Shown: one piece after another, positions 42,751-52,915 of the stretch
Layout of the letters: each line of letters opens with the position of its first letter
Position numbering within the stretch: the stretch's first letter is position 1
NCBI GenBank assembly: GCA_963842525.1
Contig: CAWJGT010000023.1
Location: forward strand, 96,001-160,000
DNA: 64,000 nucleotides
Origin: an uncultured Holophagales bacterium
Lineage (GTDB): Bacteria > Acidobacteriota > Thermoanaerobaculia > Multivoradales > UBA5704
Direction: 5' to 3'
Translations under genes and position numbers: made by a program
Notes under the pieces: generated by a model
The model's input: only the letters and a program-made list of their open reading frames with translations
What the model was told of the DNA's origin: nothing
Databases searched by the model: none

Positions 42751-45459
42751 TCAGGAAACCATCGGGTACGCCTTCTCCGCATCGACCCCGAGCTCGCCGA
42801 TCGCCTGCTGCGCCCGGTTGCGGTCCACTGCGCCGAAGCGGGCGAGTTGGAAGAGGGCGGCGATGGCGATGCTCTCGGCGTCGATCTCGAAGAAGCGGCG
42901 CAACGCTTCGCGGGTTTCGCTCCGGCCAAAGCCGTCGGTGCCCAGGGCGAAGAACCGGTGCGGCAGCCAGCGCGCGATCTGGTCGGGGACCAGCTTCATG
43001 TAGTCGGTCACCGCAATGATCGGCGCCTGGTCCCCCTCGAAGAGGGAGGCGACGTAGGGCTTCCGCTCCTCCTGATCGGGATGGAGCATGTTCCAGCGCT
43101 CGGTCTCCAGGGCGTCGGCGCGAAGCTGCTTGTAGCTCGTGGCGCTCCAGACGTCGGCGGCCACGCCGAAGCGCTCGGCGAGGATCTGCTGCGCTCGCAG
43201 GGCCTGGCCGAGGATCGTGCCGCTGCCCAGGAGATGGACCCGCGGGCGCTCCGCCGGGCCGTCCGGCGCCTCCTTGAACTTGTAGAGGCCCTTCAAGATC
43301 CCCTCGTCGATCTCTGCCCCGCCCGGCTTGTGCGGCATCGGATAGTTCTCGTTGTAGAGGGTGATGTAGTAGAAGATGTCCTCCCGGTCCTCGCACATCC
43401 GTTTCAGGCCGTCCTGGATGATGACCGCCAGCTCGTAGGCATAGGCCGGATCGTAGGCCCGCAGGTTCGGCACGACGGCCGCCAGCACGTGGCTGTGGCC
43501 GTCCTCATGCTGCAACCCCTCGCCGTTGAGCGTGGTGCGGCCGGCCGTGGCACCGAGCAGGAAGCCGCGGACGCGCTGGTCCGCGGCGGCCCAAATCAGG
43601 TCGCCGACGCGCTGGAAGCCGAACATCGAGTAGAAGATGAAAAACGGGATGGCGTCGATCCCATGCGTGGCATAGGAGGTCCCGGCGGCGATGAACGAGG
43701 CCATTGAGCCGGCCTCGGTGATCCCCTCCTCCAGGATCTGGCCCTCCTTGGCCTCCCGGTAGTAGAGGAGCATGGTCTTGTCCACCGGCTCGTAGAGTTG
43801 GCCGACGTGCGAGTAGATGCCGAACTGCCGGAAGAGCGACTCCATGCCGAAGGTGCGCGCCTCGTCCGGCACGATCGGCACCACCCGGGAGCCGATCTCC
43901 TTGTCCTTCATGAGCTGGGTCAGCATCTGGACGAAGACCATCGTCGTCGAAACGTCGCGGTCGACCCCTTCGGAGAAGCGCTCCCAGATCCCGGCCTGCG
44001 GCACCGGCAGCGGCTCCTTGCGCACGCGGCGGCTGGGCACGGAGCCGCCCAGGCGGCTGCGGCAGTCCTTCAGGTACTGGACCTCGGGGCTGTCCTCGCC
44101 TGGGTGGTAAAAGGCGGCTTCGGCCACCTGCTGATCGGTCAGCGGCAGCTCGAAGCGGTCGCGGAAGAAGCGCAGCTCGTCCTCGCTGAGCTTCTTCTGC
44201 TGGTGGGTGACGTTGCGTCCCTCCCCCGCCTCGCCCATGCCGTAGCCCTTGACGGTCTTGGCCAGGATCACCGTCGGCGACCCCTGGTGCTCGACGGCTG
44301 CCTTGTAGGCGGCGTTGACCTTGATCGGATCGTGGCCGCCGCGGCGCAGGCTGTGGAGCTGGTCGTCGGCATAGCCCTTGACCAGCTCGAGAAGCTCCGG
44401 GTACTTGCCGAAGAAATGCTGGCGGACATAGGAGCCGGGCTCGACCACGTACTTCTGGTACTCGCCGTCGAGGACCTCGTTCATGCGCTGGATCAGCAGA
44501 CCGGTGTTGTCCGCCTCGATGAGCGGGTCCCAGTCGCCCCCCCAGATGACCTTGAGGACGTTCCAGCCGGCGCCGCGGAAGGCGGTCTCGAGCTCCTGGA
44601 TGATCTTGCCGTTGCCGCGCACCGGGCCGTCGAGCCGTTGCAGGTTGCAGTTGATGACAAAGATCAGGTTGTCGAGCTTCTCGCGGGAGGCCAGGGTGAT
44701 GGCGCCCAAGGCCTCGGGCTCGTCGGTCTCGCCGTCGCCGAGGAAGGCCCAGATCTTGCGCCCCTGGGAATCGCGCAGGCCGCGGTCGCGCAGGTAGCGG
44801 TTGAACTTGGCCTGGTAGATGGCGCAGAGCGGCCCCAGGCCCATGGAGACCGTGGGGAACTCCCAGTAGTCGGGCATCAGCCAGGGATGGGGATACGAGG
44901 AGAGGCCGCCGGCCACGGTGAGCTCGCGCCGGAAGCCCTCCATCTGCTCGCGGCTGATCCGCCCTTCGAGGAAGGAGTAGGCGTAGATGCCGGGCGAGCC
45001 ATGGCCCTGGATGTAGACCATGTCCTGGTCGAAGCCCTGCTCGCCGCGTCCGCGGAAGAAGTGATGGAGACCGACCTGATAGAGGGTGGCCGAGGAGGCG
45101 AAGGTCGAGATGTGTCCGCCCAGGCCGGGGAACTTCTTGTTCGCCTGGACCACCAGGGCCATGGCGTTCCAGCGGACGATGCTCTTGATGCGCCGCTCGA
45201 TGGCCCGGTCGCCCGGATAGGGAGGCTGCTTGGCGGCAGGAATGCTGTTGATGTAGGGCGTATTGCCGGTGAAGGGAAGGATGACGTCCTTTTCGTAACC
45301 CTTCTCCAGCAGCTTCTTCAAGAGGAAGCAGGCCCGCTCGCGCCCCTCGGCCGCGACGACCTGCTCGAAGGCGGTCAGCCACTCCTCGGTCTCGTTCACG
45401 TCCGTATCGCGACCTCCGCCCGTGTACCAGTTGAGCGGAGCGCTGTAGTCGTTGCTCAT
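42751..45459 (-). CDS. aceE: Pyruvate dehydrogenase E1, homodimeric type
   Basis: GGHISTFASSA, SSYPHPWLMPDYWEFPTVSMGLGP, TPP motif GDGETDEPE..N, and GRTTLNGEGLQHEDGHS. Confidence 0.95.
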   Translation of the reverse strand: MSNDYSAPLNWYTGGGRDTDVNETEEWLTAFEQVVAAEGRERACFLLKKLLEKGYEKDVILPFTGNTPYINSIPAAKQPPYPGDRAIERRIKSIVRWNAMALVVQANKKFPGLGGHISTFASSATLYQVGLHHFFRGRGEQGFDQDMVYIQGHGSPGIYAYSFLEGRISREQMEGFRRELTVAGGLSSYPHPWLMPDYWEFPTVSMGLGPLCAIYQAKFNRYLRDRGLRDSQGRKIWAFLGDGETDEPEALGAITLASREKLDNLIFVINCNLQRLDGPVRGNGKIIQELETAFRGAGWNVLKVIWGGDWDPLIEADNTGLLIQRMNEVLDGEYQKYVVEPGSYVRQHFFGKYPELLELVKGYADDQLHSLRRGGHDPIKVNAAYKAAVEHQGSPTVILAKTVKGYGMGEAGEGRNVTHQQKKLSEDELRFFRDRFELPLTDQQVAEAAFYHPGEDSPEVQYLKDCRSRLGGSVPSRRVRKEPLPVPQAGIWERFSEGVDRDVSTTMVFVQMLTQLMKDKEIGSRVVPIVPDEARTFGMESLFRQFGIYSHVGQLYEPVDKTMLLYYREAKEGQILEEGITEAGSMASFIAAGTSYATHGIDAIPFFIFYSMFGFQRVGDLIWAAADQRVRGFLLGATAGRTTLNGEGLQHEDGHSHVLAAVVPNLRAYDPAYAYELAVIIQDGLKRMCEDREDIFYYITLYNENYPMPHKPGGAEIDEGILKGLYKFKEAPDGPAERPRVHLLGSGTILGQALRAQQILAERFGVAADVWSATSYKQLRADALETERWNMLHPDQEERKPYVASLFEGDQAPIIAVTDYMKLVPDQIARWLPHRFFALGTDGFGRSETREALRRFFEIDAESIAIAALFQLARFGAVDRNRAQQAIGELGVDAEKAYPMVS

Positions 45460-45521
45460 GGATCGACCTCCTCACGTCCGGCCGCGGCGGTGTCCCGCGG
45501 GAAGAGGATAGATTGTCACGT

Positions 45522-45568
45522 CTCTCCGCCCCCTGCCAATCGCATCCCGTAGAATCCGGGGCGGAGAG
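45522..45568. promoter_or_regulatory. 11-bp inverted repeat in the divergent promoter region upstream of aceE
   Basis: CTCTCCGCCCC (45522-45532) and GGGGCGGAGAG (45558-45568), with TAGAAT in the loop. Confidence 0.35.
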
Positions 45569-45576
45569 GGGAAGCG

Positions 45577-45967
45577 ATGCTGTTCCTGGAAATCGTCGAC
45601 AAGAAGAACGGCCACTGGATGAACGAGGTCTCCACCGTTCTCGATGAAGAGCTGCTGGACTATTTCGCCCGCTTCAACGAATACCCAGCCTTCCAGGAGC
45701 TGCGCCTCCTCGACCCTTACGACGACACCCTGCTCGGCCCGCCGAGGTGCCGGCAGCTCAAGGCGGAGATCGCGGCGATGGCGCCGCTCGTTCGAACGGC
45801 GGGAGCTCCCCGAGCCGCCGGCCTACGTAGGGCTGGAGGAGACCGGAGACATCCGGGTCGGGGACGAGCTCGGCTGGCCGGGCCTCCAGGAGTTCCTCAC
45901 CCGTCTCCACCGCCTCCTCGCCCTGGCAGAGGATCCGGAGCTGGAGCTCTGGGCGATCGGGGAGTGA
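45577..45967 (+). CDS. Hypothetical acidic protein (~129 aa) with a 1-bp frameshift at ~45791
   Basis: ORFs 45577.. and ..45967 join on removing one T in GTTCGAAC. A purine-rich RBS precedes the ATG. Confidence 0.6.
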
Positions 45968-45971
45968 CCCC

Positions 45972-47363
45972 TTACGCGCTGATGCGCACCGCCGGGTCGC
46001 CGACGACGACGTAGTTGCGTGCGTCGTTGTGGGCCGTCCAGAGTCGGACCAGCTCACGGGGATCGACTACCTTTCCATACCGCTCCCCATCCAGCATCTG
46101 GGTCACCCGCACTGCAAGCTCGGCGTAGCGCTGGTTGAAGACCTCCATGGCGCCACCGACCGGCCAGCCGTCCAGCAGGAGCCCCAGGGTGTGCTCGAAC
46201 ACGTCCACCTGCCCCTCCAGGTTCCTGCCGAGGAACGAATGGCCCCAGGCGCGGTCGATATGGCCGATCACCGCTAGGGCGCCGCCATGCGGGTGCCCCA
46301 GCAACCGGCGCGGCAGCTTGGCGACGAGGTCGTGGGGCGCGATCTGCTTCGGCGGCTCTCCCTCCGTCCGGTGGGCAAAGTCATCGAGCTTCGGCGTCCC
46401 GGCGCCATGACAGGCAAAACAGAAGGCGATCAGGCCGTCGACCCGGGCGTCGTCCCCGACGTCGTCGGCCGAGAAATAGAAGGAGGGCGGGATGGCGCCC
46501 TGCCAAGCTTTGGGCCCGGGCCAATCCTGGCAGAGCAGGGCGCCCTGGTGCTCGAGCTGCCGCGGATCGTCCAGGCGAAAACCCATCCCGTGGCTGGCGG
46601 TGAAGAGCAGGGCCGGCGCATCGTTCCGCAGCATCTCGCCCAGGCGGGCCTTGGTCGCCTCTCCGGCCAGATGGGTCTGGACCTGCCAACCGTCCGCATC
46701 GGCCCCACCATCGGCCAAACGCTCCGCGAGCGGGGTCACCAGGTAGTCCGCGCTCAGCGGGGTCGCTCCGTCGTCCGCGTTGCGGGTCGCGAAGAACGCG
46801 ACCTCGCGGCTGCGGGCCATGCCGTCGGTCTCCGCCCGGACCACCGTCTGGGCATAGCGGGCATACTCCTCGACCGTGTCGAAACAGATGCGCCCAACAG
46901 CGCGCTGGACGTCGAGCTGGATCTGGAACGGATACGGGATCTCTTCCGGTCCGTCGGCGATCAGCAGGTAGTACGGCATCTGGTCGGGGTTGGCCATGCC
47001 TGTAACAACGCCATGGCGGTAGAGGAAGTTGTCCACGTCCTCGCCGGGCCGGTAGACATACTCCTGGTATCGCTGCCCGCGCTTCTTTCCCGCCTCCTGC
47101 CGCCGGTGCGCCAGGAGGGGGGCCAGGGCTTCGCGGATCTGGGGATCGGCGCCGTGCGGGAAGATGACGCCCCAACCGCTTGCCGCCAGGCTCTTGGGGT
47201 CCAGCCCAGGGATCACGCCCCGCGGCATCGGCCCGGCCCGGCGGCGCCGCAGGACACCAAGGATCTCGGTCTGGGTCATCGGCGGCAGCAGGTACTCTCC
47301 TGTCGAGCCGTCGATGCCGTTGAAAACGCAGACCTCCTCGGGTGCGGCTCCGTTCGTGCTCAT
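45972..47363 (-). CDS. Caspase/gingipain (C25-like) fold protease
   Basis: LLFTASHG and FCFACHGAG give a His-Cys dyad. Also VIGHIDRAW and a C-terminal YVVVGDPAV typical of C25-like proteins. Confidence 0.65.
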   Translation of the reverse strand: MSTNGAAPEEVCVFNGIDGSTGEYLLPPMTQTEILGVLRRRRAGPMPRGVIPGLDPKSLAASGWGVIFPHGADPQIREALAPLLAHRRQEAGKKRGQRYQEYVYRPGEDVDNFLYRHGVVTGMANPDQMPYYLLIADGPEEIPYPFQIQLDVQRAVGRICFDTVEEYARYAQTVVRAETDGMARSREVAFFATRNADDGATPLSADYLVTPLAERLADGGADADGWQVQTHLAGEATKARLGEMLRNDAPALLFTASHGMGFRLDDPRQLEHQGALLCQDWPGPKAWQGAIPPSFYFSADDVGDDARVDGLIAFCFACHGAGTPKLDDFAHRTEGEPPKQIAPHDLVAKLPRRLLGHPHGGALAVIGHIDRAWGHSFLGRNLEGQVDVFEHTLGLLLDGWPVGGAMEVFNQRYAELAVRVTQMLDGERYGKVVDPRELVRLWTAHNDARNYVVVGDPAVRISA

Positions 47364-47377
47364 GAGTCTCCTCTCGT

Positions 47378-47746
47378 TCAGCTCCGGGCAGGCAGCGAGT
47401 AGCTCACTCCGAGGGGTCCGCTGATGCGCCATGCGGACTCCCCGGAGGCGGACGGGTTGGGTGATCTCTCGAAGGTGATCTCGAGGTGGACCACCTGGCC
47501 GCGCACCTCGGGAGGTACGTCCTCGCCGTCCAAGAAGGTGTAATTCCACCAGATCCACCGCTCGTCGCCGACCAGGACGCTCTGCCGGGTGTCGGGCTCG
47601 CCCAGCAGGGCCGCGACCTCCGCCGCGCTCTTGCCGGCGACCAGCTCCCGGATCTGGTCGAACGACCGGTCCGAGCGGGCCGACGTCTTGTCGCAGGCGA
47701 ACGCCAGGACAAGCAGCCCCAGCGCGGCGCAGATCAGTTTCTTCAT
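47378..47746 (-). CDS. Small lipoprotein (BamE/SmpA-like fold possible)
   Basis: Lipobox in MKKLICAALGLLVLAFAC. GKSAAEVAALLGEPD..W.W.Y pattern. Confidence 0.7.
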   Translation of the reverse strand: MKKLICAALGLLVLAFACDKTSARSDRSFDQIRELVAGKSAAEVAALLGEPDTRQSVLVGDERWIWWNYTFLDGEDVPPEVRGQVVHLEITFERSPNPSASGESAWRISGPLGVSYSLPARS

Positions 47747-47758
47747 CGACTCTGCTCC

Positions 47759-47926
47759 TCAGCTTTCTTCATCGCCACCGGGGAACGAAGGCGGCTCCAC
47801 GATGGGCGGCGGCGGAGTGGTCGGCTCGGTGGAGGGAGGCGTCGGTGGCTCCCAGTCCCGGTCCCGGGGATCGATTTCAGTATCCGGATTCGTGCCATAG
47901 GTCTGCGGCTGTGGTTGCTGGGCCAT
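47759..47926 (-). CDS. 55-aa Pro/acidic-rich small protein, absent from the ORF track
   Basis: MAQQPQPQTYGTNPDTEIDPRDRDWEPPTPPSTEPTTPPPPIVEPPSFPGGDEES*. Strong RBS GAAAGGAG 6 nt before the ATG. The stop overlaps the RBS of the next gene. Confidence 0.7.
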   Translation of the reverse strand: MAQQPQPQTYGTNPDTEIDPRDRDWEPPTPPSTEPTTPPPPIVEPPSFPGGDEES

Positions 47927-47993
47927 GACGATCTCCTTTCTGAGGAATGTCGTCGACGTTCTCTCGGGAAGACACCCTTAGAGGACAGGATGT

Positions 47994-50703
47994 TTAGGAA
48001 CGAAAGCCTCGCCAGTCGCCCTGAAGCACGAACCCGGACCAGTAGTAGGGATCCTCCCAGCGCTTTTCGCGCCACATCGAGAGCTGAGCCTGGCGGAGGG
48101 CCGCCGGAGGGGGCAGCCCCTTCAGCAGCATGCCTTGATAGAAGCGCTCCATGAGCACGGAGGTCGCGCGATCGTCCACTTTCCAGAGACTGACCAGGAC
48201 CCGGTCCGCGCCGGCCGCAAGAAAGCTCCGGGTCAGCCCCAGCAGCCCTTCGCCGCGGACCGGCCGGCCGAGTGCGGTCTGGCAGGCACTCAGCACCACC
48301 AGGTCCGCTGGAAAATTGAGTTTCTCGATCGTGGCAGGCTGTAGACGGCCATCGAGAGGACGGCCCGCGGCGTCGAAACGCGACAGCACGAGGCCTGACA
48401 TTTCCGGGTGCTGCTCGTCCACCAGCGCGTGCGTGGCGAAGTGGAGGATTCGGTACCGAGCGAGCAGTCCGCTCATGACCAGCTCCCGGCTCGCCTTGAA
48501 ACCGACGGCCGGCAGGGCTCGCTCCGCCGGCACGAGGCGCAGGATGGCTTCGGCCTCACGGCCGGCGAACCAGAGCCGCGGCAGCCCGCCGCCCGGAAGC
48601 GGCTCGGGAGAGGAGGACGCCACCGCGCGGCTCCGGGCCTCGCCTTGCAGACGGGGATCGTCCGGCTGGAAGACGGCATCGCCAAGGAGGGCCAGCAGCC
48701 CTGGCGGTGGAGCACGCCCGGCGTTGCGCCGCTGAAGGGCGTCCAGAGCCGAGGCCGAAGGGAGGACGACGACTTCGTGCCGCAGCAGGAGGGGGTCCAC
48801 GCCGGGAGGCTCCGGAAGAGCGCCAAACGGAACATAGAGGAGCGCCTCATGCGGGATGATGAGCAGCCGCCGGGTCCCCAGGCGGCCGGCCACTGGCCCC
48901 AGGAGCAGGTTGCCGAGGCGCCGCAGCCGGATCTGCGCTGCCACCCGGCTGGTGGCCTGGCGGCTGCGGGAGAGGAGCCGGTGGACCTGCCGGGCCTCGG
49001 CTTCGAGGCGCGCCTGGCCGGGCAGCTCAAAGCTGGCCATGGACATCCCGTCGAGCACCCAGAGGAAACTCTTGGGCTCGGCCAGGTGGTACTCGAGGAC
49101 GATCGTGTCCTGCCCCTGGATTTGCCGCTGGATTTCGGGCAGCGACAGGGGGACCGCCGGGGCGCCCGCGCCGGCGATCGTATCCAGCAGATTGCGCGCC
49201 CGCGCCCGCTCGCTCACCGCCAGCGCGAGGGCGTCATAGTCTCCGGCAGGGCGACGCCGGTGCTCCTCCATCAGGAGGTCGACCAGGAAGTCGTAATAAC
49301 CTTTCCATTGTGAAAAGTACGAGAGCTGGAGGTCACGAGCCGTGATCCCGCCGCGCAGCGACTCGATGATGCCGAGCGCGGCCTCGATTCGCGCCCGCGC
49401 GGTGATCGGGCTGCCTCTCTGCCGTTCGGACCGGGCCGTGCCGTAGAGAGATGCGGCCTCGAGATCCTGATCGCCGAGGGTTCGGGACAGGGACAGGGCA
49501 CGCCGATAGCACTCGAGCGCCTCCCGGATCTGCCCGCGCTCGGAGTAGATCCACCCGAGGTTGTTCCAGACCGTGGCTTCACTCGCCCTATCCCGCAGCT
49601 CCTGGAAGAGGCTCAGGGCCGCCCGATGGTGGCCGAGGGCCGTTGCGTGCTCCAGGAGGTGATAGTGAAGCTTTCCAAGGCTCGTCAGGGTCACGGCCCG
49701 GCCGGCCCGGTCGCCGGCCCTGCGTTGCAGCACCGAGGCGACCGAGAGTAGCAGCAGGGCACGCCGCGTCTCTCCTGCGCCGGCATAGGCGTTGGCGACC
49801 TGCGTCAGGGTCTCCGCCTTGTGGCGGTGGTCAGCGGCAAGGAGCGTCAGAGCTTTCTGGAGGTGGACAGACGAGGTAACCGGTTCGCGCAAGGCAGCAT
49901 AGACGGCACCGATCCCTGTGAGGGCGAACGCTTGGCCGGTCGTGTCCGCTCGTACGAGCCCTCGCAGGCCCCGGCTCGCCCAGCTTTTCCTGCGCCCTGC
50001 CAATATCGTTGAGAGCGATCGCCCGGCTCTTGGGGTCCCCGAGGCGCTGGGATAACGACAGCATCTCCTGGCTGGCGGCGAAGGCCTGCCGGAAGTCACG
50101 CAACTCCAGAAGGATGCTGGCCTTTTGATGCAGAGCACCGGCTTGGCGTCCAGGCTCGCCGGCCTGCTCCCAGAGCGTCGCTGCCTCACCATAGCTGAGA
50201 TTTGCGCTCCTGAGCTCGCCGCGATTCTTCAGCACCCGGGCGCGGCCAAGGGCTTGGATTGCCTGGACCCGGATCCGGTCCTGGGAGCTCGGCCGGCGGA
50301 GCGCCGCAATGCTCGCTGCATATCGGCCGGAGAGGCTCGGCCAGGGGAGCACCTCGGCTCGGTAGGAGCCCGGCCGCTCCGCGATCCAGAAGAGGTCCTC
50401 CGGACCCTGGTCCCCGTTCGGGCTGTCGGCCTCCAGGAGCCGCCCCCCCGCCGGACCGAGCAGCCGGACCACGATGTCCACACCGCGCTGGTCCACGACG
50501 AAATGCAGGTACTGGCCGGCTTCGAGGTGCAGCCGGTAGACATGGACGGTCCCCTGCGCCAACTCGCGTTCGACGGCGCGGCCCGGTCCGAAAGCGAAGC
50601 CCTCGACCCGAGGAGGCGCCGGGGAGGGGACGGCTGCGAAAGCTGCGCACCCTACCGCCAGAGCGCCCGCGGAGAGCAGGAGGACCCTGCGCGACCGAGA
50701 CAT
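47994..50703 (-). CDS. Secreted PPC-TPR-CHAT (caspase HetF-associated) protease; frame disruption at ~49950
   Basis: Signal peptide and PPC-like domain (GQYLHFVVDQRGVD), TPR repeats, CHAT dyad ILHFATHA / VLSACQTALG, and DPYYWSGF. Confidence 0.85.
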
Positions 50704-50759
50704 GACCGCGGCTTCGTACAGCAACATGCCGCGGATATTTTATCTCTTCCGGAGGGGCC

Positions 50760-51572
50760 TCACTGATACAGCAGACGCATCGCGTACTCCTCGACCACCT
50801 TCGCCCCTCCTCCGCCATCGTGGAAAAGGAGGATCCGGTACTCGCCGGCCTTCAGGAATTGGCGCGACAACCCGATGACGAACGTGCCCTCGTCCGTCCT
50901 GGCCAGCCCGCTTCCCGACCAGACCTCTCCTCCGTCGCGAGTCCGGATCTCGAGGCGGTACCCAGTCTCCATCGGCTCCACGAGAGGCGTCAGGACCAGG
51001 AGAAAGGACCGCACGCCGGGGGGTACCACGAAGCTCGACGCCGGCTGATCTCCGCGCGTGGCTTCGGCGAGATGAAGATACGCGATCGGCAGGTTGAGCT
51101 GCGGCTCCTGCAGCCATCCGACCTCCCGTTGCAGAGAGGTCACCCAGAAGGAAAGCCCCACCGAACAGGCGAAAAAGCCGGTCGCGAGGGCGTAGGCCAT
51201 GGGCGCGGAGGGAAATCTCCCGACCAGCCTCGCGACGAAGGAGCGCCATCTGCCCGCGTGCGTTTCGGCGGCCAGACGGGCGCGCAGGGACTCCCACGAC
51301 GCGGCGACCCAACTGTCCGAGAGCCCCGGCACCTCCTGGTCCGCGGCGTCCGGCGCGGTGAAGGTCTTGTAGTCCAGGAGCAGCTCCGGGCAGTCGCGGC
51401 ACTCGAGGAAGTGCTCCTGGATGCGGTCGTCCTGCTCGGGCGTCAGCTCGTCCGCGTCATAGGCGGTCAGCGCCTCGGGCGTCGGATGCTCGGCCAGCGC
51501 CTCCTGGACCGGCGCTCGCCGGCGGCCGAAGCGCCGGAGCCAGCGGACCGGAGATGCATCCTGCCCACTCAC
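50760..51572 (-). CDS. Zinc-finger (zf-HC) anti-sigma factor with TM helix and periplasmic domain
   Basis: HxxxCxxC in EHFLECRDC and a hydrophobic helix MAYALATGFFACSVGLSFWV. GTG start overlaps the upstream stop. Confidence 0.75.
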   Translation of the reverse strand: MSGQDASPVRWLRRFGRRRAPVQEALAEHPTPEALTAYDADELTPEQDDRIQEHFLECRDCPELLLDYKTFTAPDAADQEVPGLSDSWVAASWESLRARLAAETHAGRWRSFVARLVGRFPSAPMAYALATGFFACSVGLSFWVTSLQREVGWLQEPQLNLPIAYLHLAEATRGDQPASSFVVPPGVRSFLLVLTPLVEPMETGYRLEIRTRDGGEVWSGSGLARTDEGTFVIGLSRQFLKAGEYRILLFHDGGGGAKVVEEYAMRLLYQ

Positions 51573-51799
51573 GCCGTTCCTCCGTCGTGCCCTCCCCCTC
51601 TCCCGGTCGCCCGTGCGAGCCAATGCCGCGCCTGGTCCAGATAGAGGCGGACGGTCTCGACCGGAATCTTCATCAACATGGCAATCTCCTCCTCGTCGAA
51701 GCCCTGACCGACGCGCAGCACCCAGCACCGGCGTACCTCATTCGGCAGATCCTCAAGGCCGCGCGACGCCCCCTGTGAATCGAAACGACGAAAATCCAC
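51569..51799 (-). CDS. Sigma-70 region-4-only small protein (ECF-like fragment)
   Basis: LPNEVRRCWVLRVGQGFDEEEIAMLMKIPVETVRLYLDQAR matches an ECF sigma4 HTH. There is no room for region 2 (add ends at 51854). Confidence 0.65.
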   Translation of the reverse strand: MDFRRFDSQGASRGLEDLPNEVRRCWVLRVGQGFDEEEIAMLMKIPVETVRLYLDQARHWLARATGRGGGHDGGTA

Positions 51800-51853
51800 T
51801 ATCCCTATAGACCCTGAATCAGGGGTCCAGGGTGAGGCGGCGCCCCGGCGGCG

Positions 51854-52915
51854 TCAGAGCGAGGCGATCACGGGCGCGCCCAGCAGCTCCTGGCCGAGGG
51901 CGGCGAACTCCTCGTCGAACCGCTGTTCCAGGGCCGTTTTCTCGGGCGCGGGCAGGAAGGACTGGCGCAGGGCGGCCAGGGAGAGGCCGGCCAGCTCGGC
52001 GGCGGTGTAGCCGAAGGCGCGGTGCAGGCGGAGGTACTCGTCCACCAGGGTGGTGTTGAAGAAAGGCGGATCATCGGTGTTGACCGAGACGCGGCAGCCG
52101 CCGCGATAGAGCCGGTCGAAAGGATGACTCGCGAGGTCAGGAGCGACGCCCAGGCGGACGTTCGAGGTCGGGCAGACCTCCAGCGGGATGCCCCGGTCGC
52201 GCAGCTCGGCGACGAGCGACGGATCCTCGACCGCCCGCACGCCGTGGCCGATCCGTTCGGCCTCGCAGACCTCCAGGACAGAGCGGATCGACGCCGGGCC
52301 GGCATGCTCTCCTGCGTGGGCCACCCGGTGGAGCCCCGCACGGCCCGCGGCGGCGAAATGCTCCCGGAAGGGCTCGCTCGGGAAGCGCGACTCGCTGCCC
52401 GAGAGGCCCAGCGCCACCACGCCCCGGTCGCGGCCGGCGAGCGCCCATTCGAGGGTCTGGTCGGCGGGTCCCGGGCCGATGTTGCGGACGATGTCGGGGA
52501 TCCAGCGCACGGTGGTGCCGAAGATCCGCTCGGCCTGCCGCACCGCCTCGTCCAACGCGGACAGGATCTCTTCGCCGTTCCCGCCGTTCGCCAGGTGGGT
52601 GGAGATGGTGAAGTGCACTTCGCTATAAACGACGTTCTGGCGCGCCTGCTCGGCCAGGAAGTCGCTCGCCAGCAGCCGGAAGTCCTCCGGCCGGCGCAAG
52701 GCCCGGGAGCAGGTGAGGTAGACCTCGACGAAATGCTCGAAGTCGCGGAAGCGGAACCACTCCCGCAGCCCCGCCTCGGTGTCCTCCGGCAGGGCGGGCA
52801 GCTCGACGCCGTTGCGGCGCGCCAGCTCCAGCAGCACGGCCGGACGCATGGCCCCCTCCAGGTGGACATGGAGCTCCACCTTCGGCATGCGGAGCAGGAA
52901 GAGCTCGAGGCTCAT
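51854..52915 (-). CDS. add: Adenosine deaminase
   Basis: MPKVELHVHLEG, HAGE, RIGHG, EVCPTSN and NTDDP. Confidence 0.92.
   Translation of the reverse strand: MSLELFLLRMPKVELHVHLEGAMRPAVLLELARRNGVELPALPEDTEAGLREWFRFRDFEHFVEVYLTCSRALRRPEDFRLLASDFLAEQARQNVVYSEVHFTISTHLANGGNGEEILSALDEAVRQAERIFGTTVRWIPDIVRNIGPGPADQTLEWALAGRDRGVVALGLSGSESRFPSEPFREHFAAAGRAGLHRVAHAGEHAGPASIRSVLEVCEAERIGHGVRAVEDPSLVAELRDRGIPLEVCPTSNVRLGVAPDLASHPFDRLYRGGCRVSVNTDDPPFFNTTLVDEYLRLHRAFGYTAAELAGLSLAALRQSFLPAPEKTALEQRFDEEFAALGQELLGAPVIASL

Noticed and set aside
51854-52915. Adenosine deaminase as the ToxE-like deaminase of the cluster
   Set aside because: It is a different fold from RibD/ToxE and is coupled to housekeeping coaD, 6 kb outside the run.
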